Source of the DNA: an uncultured archaeon
GTDB lineage: Archaea > Asgardarchaeota > Thorarchaeia > Thorarchaeales > Thorarchaeaceae
Length of the DNA stretch: 15,827 nucleotides
Direction of reading: 5' to 3'
Assembly: GCA_964631415.1 (NCBI GenBank)
Contig: CAZVZC010000044.1
Location: 1 to 15,827, forward strand
A program made the translations under genes and the position numbers. The notes below the pieces were generated by a model, which saw nothing but the letters and a program-made list of their open reading frames with translations, had not been told where the DNA came from and searched no databases. This document shows, piece by piece, positions 1-7,452 of the stretch (within the stretch, counting starts at the first letter, position 1; every line of letters starts with the position of its first letter).

Positions 1-876
1 GGTGCTGCTGTCTTTGACCTTGAGCTTTGCTTTCACAGCCACCATGAGAACGACTATGAACAGGGACATCCAGTTGATGTAGCCAGTGAAGAGCCATGGC
101 ATGTTGGCGAAAGGCAACAGTCCAAATGGCGTCAGAATTGGGGGCAGGTACAGGACTGTGAAGACGAGGAACAGCGCTATCTCTCCAATGCGAATCCAGA
201 CTGCTGGCGTTCTGGTGTAGGTTTCACCATAGAGCCCCTTGTCATACTGTGCTGCCGCGAAGTAGACGAAGTAGACGGGAGCACCAAAGCTCAGAGCGTT
301 CACCAAGCATTGCGCTATACCGTAGACAGCACTGAACCAGAATCCACTCCATGCGCTCAACACCGCATCCCATACCTGAAGATAGCTGGGCACAAACTGT
401 ATCATGACTATCACGGGGAGCACACATAGAGCGATTGCCACAACTGCTCCGAGAAATGCTGCGGGCTTTCCTCCTCCCAGCTTGCCAATTCCAATCCTGT
501 AGAACACATGACCTGCGACGAACAGGCCCGCGATGACTGCCAATGGGGCTGTGATTAGGGGGAGAATGAAGAACGTGAGGACGAACGCCGCATTGGTCCC
601 ATAGAACACTCGCCATCTCAATGGGACAGCTGTAGTGGTTTCGCCAGTGAGATGTACTGCATTGGCGATCCGATAACGCTCATAGTATATGATTCCTACC
701 CACGCTGCTGAGAACACAGCAGGTGATACGAGGTAGTGGAATAGCCCGTCCAAAAGAGGGTCACCGAAAGGCGCCATTTGAAATGGCAGGACCGCTACCA
801 GCAGGAAGAAGTACACTGGGCCGAACGCGGCAAGAGCCACAGCAACCACTCGTGTCATCATCCAATCCGGACTCAC
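1..876 (-). CDS. Polytopic integral membrane protein of unknown function (partial; 3' end runs off the window)
   Basis: Not in the ORF track; translated by hand. The minus frame is open from GTG 876 (or ATG 861) to base 1: MSPDWMMTRVVAVALAAFGPVYFFLLVAVLPFQMAPFGDPLLDGLFHYLVSPAVFSAAWVGIIYYERYRIA...FIVVLMVAVKAKLKVKDSST. It has about 8-9 hydrophobic 20-aa segments, an in-frame upstream stop at 925-927 and a GGGGT RBS-like element upstream of the GTG. Confidence 0.85.
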   Translation of the reverse strand, partial: MSPDWMMTRVVAVALAAFGPVYFFLLVAVLPFQMAPFGDPLLDGLFHYLVSPAVFSAAWVGIIYYERYRIANAVHLTGETTTAVPLRWRVFYGTNAAFVLTFFILPLITAPLAVIAGLFVAGHVFYRIGIGKLGGGKPAAFLGAVVAIALCVLPVIVMIQFVPSYLQVWDAVLSAWSGFWFSAVYGIAQCLVNALSFGAPVYFVYFAAAQYDKGLYGETYTRTPAVWIRIGEIALFLVFTVLYLPPILTPFGLLPFANMPWLFTGYINWMSLFIVVLMVAVKAKLKVKDSST

Positions 877-954
877 GTTTGGACCCCTGAGGTCCCAGAC
901 CTCCGAATCGGATATATGTATGCATCATCAACGTCAGACTGAAGGTTCTCGAGA

Positions 955-1752
955 ATGAGCACGCAGGTTCTCAAACGCAAGCTCTCTGCTGCTGCTTTTC
1001 TGAGGAAGAGTCGGCTGATAGTGGGGCTTGATATAGCTGCGAATATGGCTCGCACGCCAGGAAACGATCCGCGCGCCGAGAAGGACAGACTGGAGAAGGA
1101 GGCGCTCAGAATTATCTCAGCCACCGCAGAGTATGCTGTGGCCTTCAAATTCAATCATCAGCTTGTCTTGCCTCTCGGGGTGTTCGACAGGATTCCCGTT
1201 TTGATTCAGAAGATTCATGACAACGGGCTCGCAGCAATAATGGATGCCAAGATAAACGACATCGGAAACACTAATGCGCAGATAGCGCGCTACTACTTCG
1301 ACGCAGGTTTCGATGCGGTGATTGCCAACCCGATGGTCGGTTGGGAGGGCGGTCTCGACTCCGTCTTCGAAGTCGCGCGTAAGCAGCAACGTGGTGTCAT
1401 CACTCTGTGCTATATGTCACACCCGGCAGCAAATGAAGGATATGGGCTGAACGTTGCCACGGACGAGAAGATGAAGACACACGAGCCGATGTATGCAATC
1501 TTCGCACGTCGTGCCAAGGCATGGAACGCGGATGGTGTCATTGTGGGTGCGACATACCCCGACAAGATTCGCGAGGTCAAGAAGATTCTAGGTGAGGACG
1601 TTCCCATTATCTCTCCGGGTGTCGGCGCTCAAGGAGGAAGTGCCAAAGACGCTATTGCCGCCGGTGCCTCGTATGTGATCGCGGTGAGATCCATCGTGGA
1701 GGCTCCAGACCCTGCGGCAGCGGCCAAAGCTCTTGTGACTGAGATGAGATAG
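955..1752 (+). CDS. pyrF: Orotidine 5'-phosphate decarboxylase
   Basis: Catalytic DxKxxDIxNT motif (DAKINDIGNT), N-terminal LIVGLD, VGAT and SPGVGAQGG; 265 aa. Confidence 0.96.
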   Translation: MSTQVLKRKLSAAAFLRKSRLIVGLDIAANMARTPGNDPRAEKDRLEKEALRIISATAEYAVAFKFNHQLVLPLGVFDRIPVLIQKIHDNGLAAIMDAKINDIGNTNAQIARYYFDAGFDAVIANPMVGWEGGLDSVFEVARKQQRGVITLCYMSHPAANEGYGLNVATDEKMKTHEPMYAIFARRAKAWNADGVIVGATYPDKIREVKKILGEDVPIISPGVGAQGGSAKDAIAAGASYVIAVRSIVEAPDPAAAAKALVTEMR

Positions 1753-1806
1753 AACGAGTCACGTGTTCGTTGATGTTAATACTCGGGTTGGTCTTAGCCA
1801 GCTGAA

Positions 1807-1825
1807 AAGTGTACACTTGTGTACA
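1807..1825. promoter_or_regulatory. Putative transcription-factor operator (palindrome plus direct repeat)
   Basis: Perfect 12-bp palindrome AAGTGTACACTT (1807-1818). GTGTACA is repeated at 1809 and 1819 (10-bp spacing) in the 224-bp intergenic region upstream of the aminotransferase. Confidence 0.35.
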
Positions 1826-1976
1826 TAGAGGTCGACAAAGCGGCATCATGTGCATTTCGTTGTTAGAAACGGATAAAGGAGAAGACCGGCTAACATGCCG
1901 GCCAGAGGTTCCTGCATAGACCTCACGACTCCGCTGGGGTGGCGAGTGATGACCATGTGTTTGGGAGTGAGTTGCC

Positions 1977-3248
1977 ATGGCGAACAATGAAGGCTATGCT
2001 TTCGCGGCTTGGACTAGCTTCATTGAGGAGTCGCAGATACGAGCGCTTCTGAAATACAGGGTGAAGTACTACTTCGCCGGCGGAAAGCCGGGCATTGTCC
2101 CGACAGGTGTCTTTAGCCAGATTATGGCGGACTTGGCAGAGAAGTACAAGAAGGATCCTGCCATGGCCCTTGAGGACCTGAACTACGGTCCCACTGGGGG
2201 ACAACCCTACTTCCTCAAGACCCTTGCCCGTCGCCTCTGTAACGTCAGGGGAATCCCGATTGACTGCGAGCGTCAGTGGGAACTCGTGTCTATCACGAAC
2301 GGGTCTCAGCAAGCTCTGTACGCACTCCTAGACACGCTGATTGACCCTGGTGATGTCATTATCACACCCTGTCCCGCGTATCTCGGCTTTCTCGTCCCAG
2401 CTGTGAAGCTCGGCGCCCGCGTGATCACTGTCCCCACAGACCAGAACGGGATCATCCCAGAGTATTTTGACAAGGCAATCCATGTGTCTCGGATGAAGTT
2501 CGGCAAGACCCCCGACATTCTGTACGTCGTTCCCGATTCAGACAACCCGAAGGGCACGACTATCCCTATGAAGAGACGCCAGGCCCTGTTTGACTTGTGT
2601 GAGAGTCACAACATCCTCCTGATAGAGGACTCGGCTTATGCTGAGATTCAGTTCAAGAAGAATCCCAAGGCCATCAAGACCCTTGACAAGGAAAACAGGC
2701 GCGTTGCGTATTTGGGGACTACCAGCAAGGAGGCGGCCGTGCTCAGAGTTGGCTACTCAGTTCTTCCTGACACCGTGCGGGAGCAAGTGCTCAAGGACAA
2801 GGGCTACCTAGACCTATGCACATCGAGTCTTGTGCAACGCATACTTGACGAGTACTACAGGAATCACATAGATCAGGCTATGCGAGTGGCCATCCCCAAG
2901 TACAAGGAACGATGTGATGCTATGACAAAAGCGATTGACGAGTCGTTCCCAGCGGGCACAAGGAGTGACCCGACAGGTGGTTTCTTCATCTGGTGGCAGA
3001 GTGAGAAGAAGGACTTCAACAGCAGTGAGTTCATGGAGAGAGTGGCAATGCCAAACGATGTGCTGTATGTTCCTGGAGGGCCGTTCTACCCGATAACTGG
3101 ATACACCTTGACGGAGGACGGCAACGACCTGAGGGCGAGTGTTGCCGAGCCGAACACCATGCGGATAGGGTTCTCTTATTCTGATCCTCAGACCATACGT
3201 GAGGGCATCGAGCGGCTTGGCCAGCTTCTGTCGAAAGAGCTAGGATAA
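1977..3248 (+). CDS. PLP-dependent aminotransferase class I/II (LysN/Aro8-like 2-aminoadipate/aromatic aminotransferase family)
   Basis: SQIRALLK, FAGGKP, LNYGPTGG, ITNGSQQAL, DNPKG, EDSAY, PLP-lysine motif GTTSKEAAVLRVGY and C-terminal MRIGFS; GGGAGTGAG RBS upstream. Confidence 0.92.
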   Translation: MANNEGYAFAAWTSFIEESQIRALLKYRVKYYFAGGKPGIVPTGVFSQIMADLAEKYKKDPAMALEDLNYGPTGGQPYFLKTLARRLCNVRGIPIDCERQWELVSITNGSQQALYALLDTLIDPGDVIITPCPAYLGFLVPAVKLGARVITVPTDQNGIIPEYFDKAIHVSRMKFGKTPDILYVVPDSDNPKGTTIPMKRRQALFDLCESHNILLIEDSAYAEIQFKKNPKAIKTLDKENRRVAYLGTTSKEAAVLRVGYSVLPDTVREQVLKDKGYLDLCTSSLVQRILDEYYRNHIDQAMRVAIPKYKERCDAMTKAIDESFPAGTRSDPTGGFFIWWQSEKKDFNSSEFMERVAMPNDVLYVPGGPFYPITGYTLTEDGNDLRASVAEPNTMRIGFSYSDPQTIREGIERLGQLLSKELG

Positions 3249-3264
3249 GTCTTGACCGGCTCGT

Positions 3265-4998
3265 CTAGCTCGGAGATTCCTCCGAAACGGTGAAGTTCAC
3301 GAACAAAGTCGCACCGTTCTTCATAGCTCCAGCGTATGCACGCTCATACGGGCCGAACAGATCGTGAAAGCCGGAGTTCACAGCCCATTCAATCCAGGAC
3401 CATGCTGTTTCTTGTCCTGCCTTCTCTTCTGCGTACTCGCCGAAGGCCCAGCTGAGATAGCGCTCCAGGTCAAGCTTGAGGTTCAGAAGTCGTTTTGCTT
3501 CCTCGCCTGCCGCCTTAGGAATTGTCTCCTTGATTCTCGCGAGTTCTTGGTCCAAATCCCGTCTAGTGTCTTGGATCAGGCGCATGAGTTCCCATACTGC
3601 ACCATTCAGATCTTCCGCTCTGCTCTTCCTTGCAGACCTGCCAATTCTGCCGACCAAACCAAACAGGCTTGGCGAATGAAGCACCGGGATACTACGTGTC
3701 TTCAGACTCTGTGCCAGTTGTTCATTCCACGGTGTGTTGAAGTACACACGCGGATACCGCACAAACAGTGGGAATGGGACTGACAATGCTCTTGCGGCTG
3801 GTATCACTTGCGCATAGTACGCTGTTTCTCCAATGCCTCCAATGTGTATCAGCACAGGCAGCATTGTGTCGACGATGATCTGCCTTGAATCCACACGGGG
3901 CGATATGTTCGTGGCGAAATCTTTGAGGTCTGGTCTGTCAGCCGAGGTTTCTATCTCAACATCTTGGCCGCAAGACGGGCATTTCCCTGTGATTAGTGCC
4001 TTTGACCCCTGATCCTCATACTGAAGCTCAGTCCTACTCGAATGACATGCCACATTCGTGCATTCATAGTAGAATGGTACGTACCGTGAGTCCCTTGGAC
4101 TCATCCCTGGTTTGAAGCCCGCCTTTCTTGCGGCTTCTGAGGCCGCATTATGTGCCTTGAGGAATCTCATCCGGGCTGTTCGACTGAGAAGGAGCTCCAT
4201 TCCCTTCACGAGCAGCTGTCTTACCGAGGGATCAGACGCTGGCACAAGCGGTATCCCGAGATCCTGTTCAATGTTGAACAGTCTCGCAAGCATCCTCAGT
4301 GCCCAGTTGCCAAGTGTGCTTGAATTCACGTAGGTGGAGCGAGTCAGGGCTAGACATTGCTCAAGCCGCTCCTCGAACATACTCCTATGCAGAGCCCCCA
4401 TTGACTTGAACAGTGGTCTGTAGCCAGCTCGAATGCTGTCCTCAGTCCTCGAATACCAGTCGTATCCCGGCAGCGGCAGTTTGCTCACCGGGGAATGCTC
4501 GTATCCATCGGGGACTGGGACACTAATCAGGTTCCCGTCCTGACCCGGAACGGGCGTTCTGATGTTTGTGAGTTCAGCTTGGACCGTGTCATAGTCTGCG
4601 AGAAAGAAGACGGGTGAAAGTTCCAGACCCCTGTCGTGAGCCAGTGTGACAACACGTCTGGCTGTGGCTGCCTTGTTCAGTATGTAAGCGGGCCCACCCA
4701 TCACGACGCTCTGATGAGATGCCTCCACGACTCCACCGCCCAAGCGCTCGATGGACTCCCTGATTCTAGGAGTGTAGCATCCAATCTCGCCACATACATG
4801 TGTTAGAGTCTTAGCGATGGACTCAATGCGTTCGGCACTGTGCCATGCCGCGGTTTTGTAGGCGGCGATGAGCCTTGTCGCCCTGTCGGTGATGCCGCCA
4901 ATAGTCTCAACCGGGGTGTCGTAGAGATCCTTGGCCAGTTCAGTATTCTCGCCTTGCCAGACAAATGCCTGGTAGACCTCTGCAATACTGAGGTCCAT
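3265..4998 (-). CDS. bshC: Bacillithiol biosynthesis cysteine-adding enzyme BshC-like protein
   Basis: BshC-type blocks: HQSVVMGGPAYILNKAATA (cf. QQxGLxxGPLYxxxK), PVFFLADYD (cf. PVFWxAxEDHD) and ISPRVDSRQIIVDTMLPVLIHIGGIGETAYYAQV (cf. SPNVxxRPxxQExxLPxLAYxGGPGExAYWAQL), plus a C-terminal coiled coil. Directly downstream of bshA. Start moved to ATG 4998, behind an AAGGAGG RBS that overlaps the bshA stop. Confidence 0.88.
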   Translation of the reverse strand: MDLSIAEVYQAFVWQGENTELAKDLYDTPVETIGGITDRATRLIAAYKTAAWHSAERIESIAKTLTHVCGEIGCYTPRIRESIERLGGGVVEASHQSVVMGGPAYILNKAATARRVVTLAHDRGLELSPVFFLADYDTVQAELTNIRTPVPGQDGNLISVPVPDGYEHSPVSKLPLPGYDWYSRTEDSIRAGYRPLFKSMGALHRSMFEERLEQCLALTRSTYVNSSTLGNWALRMLARLFNIEQDLGIPLVPASDPSVRQLLVKGMELLLSRTARMRFLKAHNAASEAARKAGFKPGMSPRDSRYVPFYYECTNVACHSSRTELQYEDQGSKALITGKCPSCGQDVEIETSADRPDLKDFATNISPRVDSRQIIVDTMLPVLIHIGGIGETAYYAQVIPAARALSVPFPLFVRYPRVYFNTPWNEQLAQSLKTRSIPVLHSPSLFGLVGRIGRSARKSRAEDLNGAVWELMRLIQDTRRDLDQELARIKETIPKAAGEEAKRLLNLKLDLERYLSWAFGEYAEEKAGQETAWSWIEWAVNSGFHDLFGPYERAYAGAMKNGATLFVNFTVSEESPS

Positions 4999-5014
4999 AC
5001 TATCAAGAACCTCC

Positions 5015-6178
5015 TTAGGTGGCAACTGCCTCCTCGAACACCTTCTCATACATTGGCACTATTCTCTCTGAAGAGAAACTCTCAACGACTCGTTTCCGCC
5101 CTGCCTTTGCTAGAGTCTTCCTGAGGCTGTCTTTCTCAAGAATGTCTATCACCGCTTGTGCAAACTCATCGTGCTCAAACCCCTTTGTCACTATGCCGTC
5201 GACGCCAGGACGTACGAGCTCTGGAACGCCACCGGCGGGAGTCGTGACTACTGGGACGCTACATGCCATGGCCTCAAGCAGGACCAGCGGCATGCCCTCA
5301 AGAGTGGAATTGAGGAGGAACGCGTCTGTTCCGCAGAATATCTCCTGCATGTTTGTCCTGACGCCAAGCAGATGCACGTTATTGCATAGGTTGAGTTTCT
5401 CGATTCTCCTCTCCACTTCAATGCGTTCTGGGCCATCCCCCACGATTATGAGTCGGGAGTTGGGGATCTCATTGACCACAATCCGCATTATCTCAACGAG
5501 GTCAGTCACACGTTTGACCTCCCTGAAGTTGGAGATGTGTAGTAGCACCTTCTCTTCGGGGTCGATGGTTTCAGCATCCTCTCCCCTTCTCATGCCAACA
5601 CAGCCGGCTTCCACAGTCAGCCTGCAGTTGTCAAGAGGCTGAAACTGCTTTGTGTCAATGAAGTTTGGCACGACGTGTATCTCCCTCTCAATCCCGAGCC
5701 CTTCGTACGCCGTTTTCTGCAGAAACTGAGACACAGCCGTCACTGCGTTTGCCTTCTCTACTGTGAACTTCACCACCGGCTTGTAGGCCGGGTCCAGCCC
5801 GAGTGTATGCACATCTGATCCGTGAAGAGTCACGAGGTATGGCAACCCGGATATCTCTCGCGCCATGTATCCCGCCATGGCGTGCGGAATCGCGTAATGC
5901 GTATGAAGCAGGTCGAGATTCGCGTCCTTCTTCACCTTCAAGATCTTTGAAGTCAAGGCCATCGTGTACGGAGGTCCTATTGCGCTGAATAGTGGATAGT
6001 CGAACCTGTCGACAAGATCGACGTAGATTCCTCTGGGCTGTTCCCACGTGAGAGCGAAGGGCCGCTGATATGTGATGAAATGGATAGAATGTCCTCTCTG
6101 GGCGAGATGCTCACCCAGTCGAGTCGCTAGAGAACCAGAGCCTCCGACTCCAGGATAGAGGTTGACACCAATCCTCAA
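5015..6178 (-). CDS. bshA: N-acetyl-alpha-D-glucosaminyl L-malate synthase BshA (GT4 glycosyltransferase)
   Basis: Family-diagnostic motifs: IGVNLYPGVGGSGSLATRLGEHLAQRGHSIHFITY, HTHYAIPHA, TLHGSDVHTLG, VTAVS, NFID, HISNFREVKRV and GT4 EGMPLVLLEAMAC. TTG start. Confidence 0.93.
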   Translation of the reverse strand: MRIGVNLYPGVGGSGSLATRLGEHLAQRGHSIHFITYQRPFALTWEQPRGIYVDLVDRFDYPLFSAIGPPYTMALTSKILKVKKDANLDLLHTHYAIPHAMAGYMAREISGLPYLVTLHGSDVHTLGLDPAYKPVVKFTVEKANAVTAVSQFLQKTAYEGLGIEREIHVVPNFIDTKQFQPLDNCRLTVEAGCVGMRRGEDAETIDPEEKVLLHISNFREVKRVTDLVEIMRIVVNEIPNSRLIIVGDGPERIEVERRIEKLNLCNNVHLLGVRTNMQEIFCGTDAFLLNSTLEGMPLVLLEAMACSVPVVTTPAGGVPELVRPGVDGIVTKGFEHDEFAQAVIDILEKDSLRKTLAKAGRKRVVESFSSERIVPMYEKVFEEAVAT

Positions 6179-6297
6179 GGTACTTCACTCGATAGCCGCG
6201 TACTTTTCTGTCCCTTTAAGTGAACTGGTAAGCTCAACGTGAGGCCGGCCTGAGGTCTGTCCAAACGTTGATTAGACAGCTGCTCCTCGGCGAACTC
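6179..6297. promoter_or_regulatory. Divergent promoter region between bshA-bshC and bshB
   Basis: About 120-bp head-to-head intergenic region with an AT-rich TTTAAG element at about 6215-6220; exact promoters not resolved. Confidence 0.4.
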
Positions 6298-6966
6298 ATG
6301 ACTGGCTCTTCCCAAGACTCCATCCTTGTAATCGTGGCGCACCCTGATGACGAATGCCTGGGTGCTGGCGGCACTATAAGGCGGCACGTCGATCAAGGTG
6401 CCGATGTGGACGTGCTTGCTCTGACGGGGAACGACACCCGAAACAAAGAGCTACGGGCAGCTTGCCGCCTATTAGGAGTCAGGGAGGTCTATACGAGCGT
6501 ACGCGACGATTTCGCGATCGACTGGTCATTGGGAAAGGAGATAGTTCAGGTGATTCTGAAGAGCAGGCCATCAACAGTAATAACACACTCTGCGGATGAC
6601 TACAATCGGAATCATGTTCAGTGTGCTCAACTAGTCGCGGACGCCATTGAATGGGCGTCGCATACAACAACCTTTGAAAACGCCCATCGGGTGAGAAGGA
6701 TCTACGGCATGGAGATCAACAGCCTGCACTCGCAGCCTCATGTCTTGATGGACGTTTCTGAGTCCTTTGCCACCGCAGTGAGTGCCCTCAAGGAACACGA
6801 GTCACAGCTGGCAAAGGCTGACGCGTTCTACGTGAGGTTCTATGATGCGAGGACTCGTCTGCGCGGCATCCAAGCCGGTTGCGAAAGAGCAGAAGCCTTC
6901 ACTCTATCGCTTCCGACACATGCAGGCCCTTTCTATACCGTGAATGCTGTCAAGACGCTCATTTAG
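6298..6966 (+). CDS. bshB: PIG-L/LmbE-family N-acetylglucosaminyl deacetylase, putative BshB
   Basis: ILVIVAHPDDE Zn-binding motif, GGTI, LTG...R..E...A...LG, RPSTVITH, HESQ and AEAF; divergent from bshA. Start placed at ATG 6298. The family call is strong; the BshB role is inferred from context. Confidence 0.8.
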   Translation: MTGSSQDSILVIVAHPDDECLGAGGTIRRHVDQGADVDVLALTGNDTRNKELRAACRLLGVREVYTSVRDDFAIDWSLGKEIVQVILKSRPSTVITHSADDYNRNHVQCAQLVADAIEWASHTTTFENAHRVRRIYGMEINSLHSQPHVLMDVSESFATAVSALKEHESQLAKADAFYVRFYDARTRLRGIQAGCERAEAFTLSLPTHAGPFYTVNAVKTLI

Positions 6967-6979
6967 GCAGTTTTTCGAA
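6967..6979 (+). terminator. Possible archaeal oligo(T) terminator after bshB
   Basis: TTTTT at 6971-6975, just after the stop codon, in a 13-bp convergent gap. Confidence 0.3.
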
Positions 6980-7405
6980 TTACCCACTGCCCTCGGGGCC
7001 GGTGTCTGTCTTCCTTCTCCTTGCAGTCAGCAATGACTTGAGCTCACCCATGAGACCTCCGCCTCCTCCTGCGGCTGGCGCTGGAGTTGGGGCCTTGGCT
7101 ACAGGTGACCTCGCAATGCCTGGAGAAGCGGCGGCGCCTGATGCTCCCATTTCGAACCCAGCTGACGGTCCTGCCGTTCTGGCGCTTGCCATCCTGCTGT
7201 CGAGTTGACTGACGCGGGAATCAAGTGCCCCCAGCTTGGTCTGGACATCAGACAAAGCAGTCTGAAGATCGGCGATCGCGGCCACAAGCTTCATGGTGAC
7301 AGTGGAGACGACCGTTCCTAGTTCACGCAACTTCTCTTCACTAGGGTCTTTTAGCGCCCACTCGAAGTCTTCCATGATTCCCAATTCGTCTTTCTCTTTA
7401 GGCAT
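6980..7405 (-). CDS. Small coiled-coil protein with Pro/Ala/Gly-rich linker and C-terminal WH2-like/Ena-VASP FAB-like motif; candidate actin regulator
   Basis: Regular 4-3 heptads (L40 I44 L47 L51 V54 L58 L61 V65 L68 M72), low-complexity linker (aa 73-112, SPVAKAPTPAPAA) and C-terminal GGGGGLMGELKSLLTARRRK. It has an ATG start and its own TATA box. The CDS is well supported; the function is inference. Confidence 0.8.
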   Translation of the reverse strand: MPKEKDELGIMEDFEWALKDPSEEKLRELGTVVSTVTMKLVAAIADLQTALSDVQTKLGALDSRVSQLDSRMASARTAGPSAGFEMGASGAAASPGIARSPVAKAPTPAPAAGGGGGLMGELKSLLTARRRKTDTGPEGSG

Positions 7406-7446
7406 GGCTCAGACCACTCTTTCAGGCCGCAATCGGACGTTTCTGC

Positions 7447-7452
7447 TATAAA
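7447..7452 (-). promoter_or_regulatory. Archaeal TATA box for the 141-aa gene
   Basis: TTTATA on the minus strand about 42 nt upstream of ATG 7405. Confidence 0.5.

Noticed and set aside
258-277. 9-bp tandem repeat CGAAGTAGA x2
   Set aside because: It only encodes VYF-VYF inside the membrane protein; two copies and no spacers, so it is not a CRISPR or VNTR.
242-616. 124-aa minus-strand ORF in the track
   Set aside because: An out-of-frame shadow inside the longer membrane-protein frame (1-876).
1977-3248. Class I/II aminotransferase as part of the bacillithiol cluster or as a MocR regulator
   Set aside because: It is convergent with bshC, no aminotransferase step is known in bacillithiol synthesis, and it has no N-terminal wHTH domain.
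4999-5049. ORF-track N-terminal extensions (bshC to 5049, glmM to 9020, bshB from 6268, hydrolase from 9029, kinase from 11240)
   Set aside because: They overlap neighbouring genes or promoter space; downstream ATGs fit the family N-termini and RBS positions better.
5019-5642. Long antisense ORFs (207 aa here; also 12854-13534, 12744-13229, 14847-15350, 6879-7208)
   Set aside because: They lie opposite well-supported genes, have Ser/Arg/Pro-skewed composition and show no motifs; typical shadow ORFs. The PPPPP in 6879-7208 is just the antisense of the poly-Gly codons.
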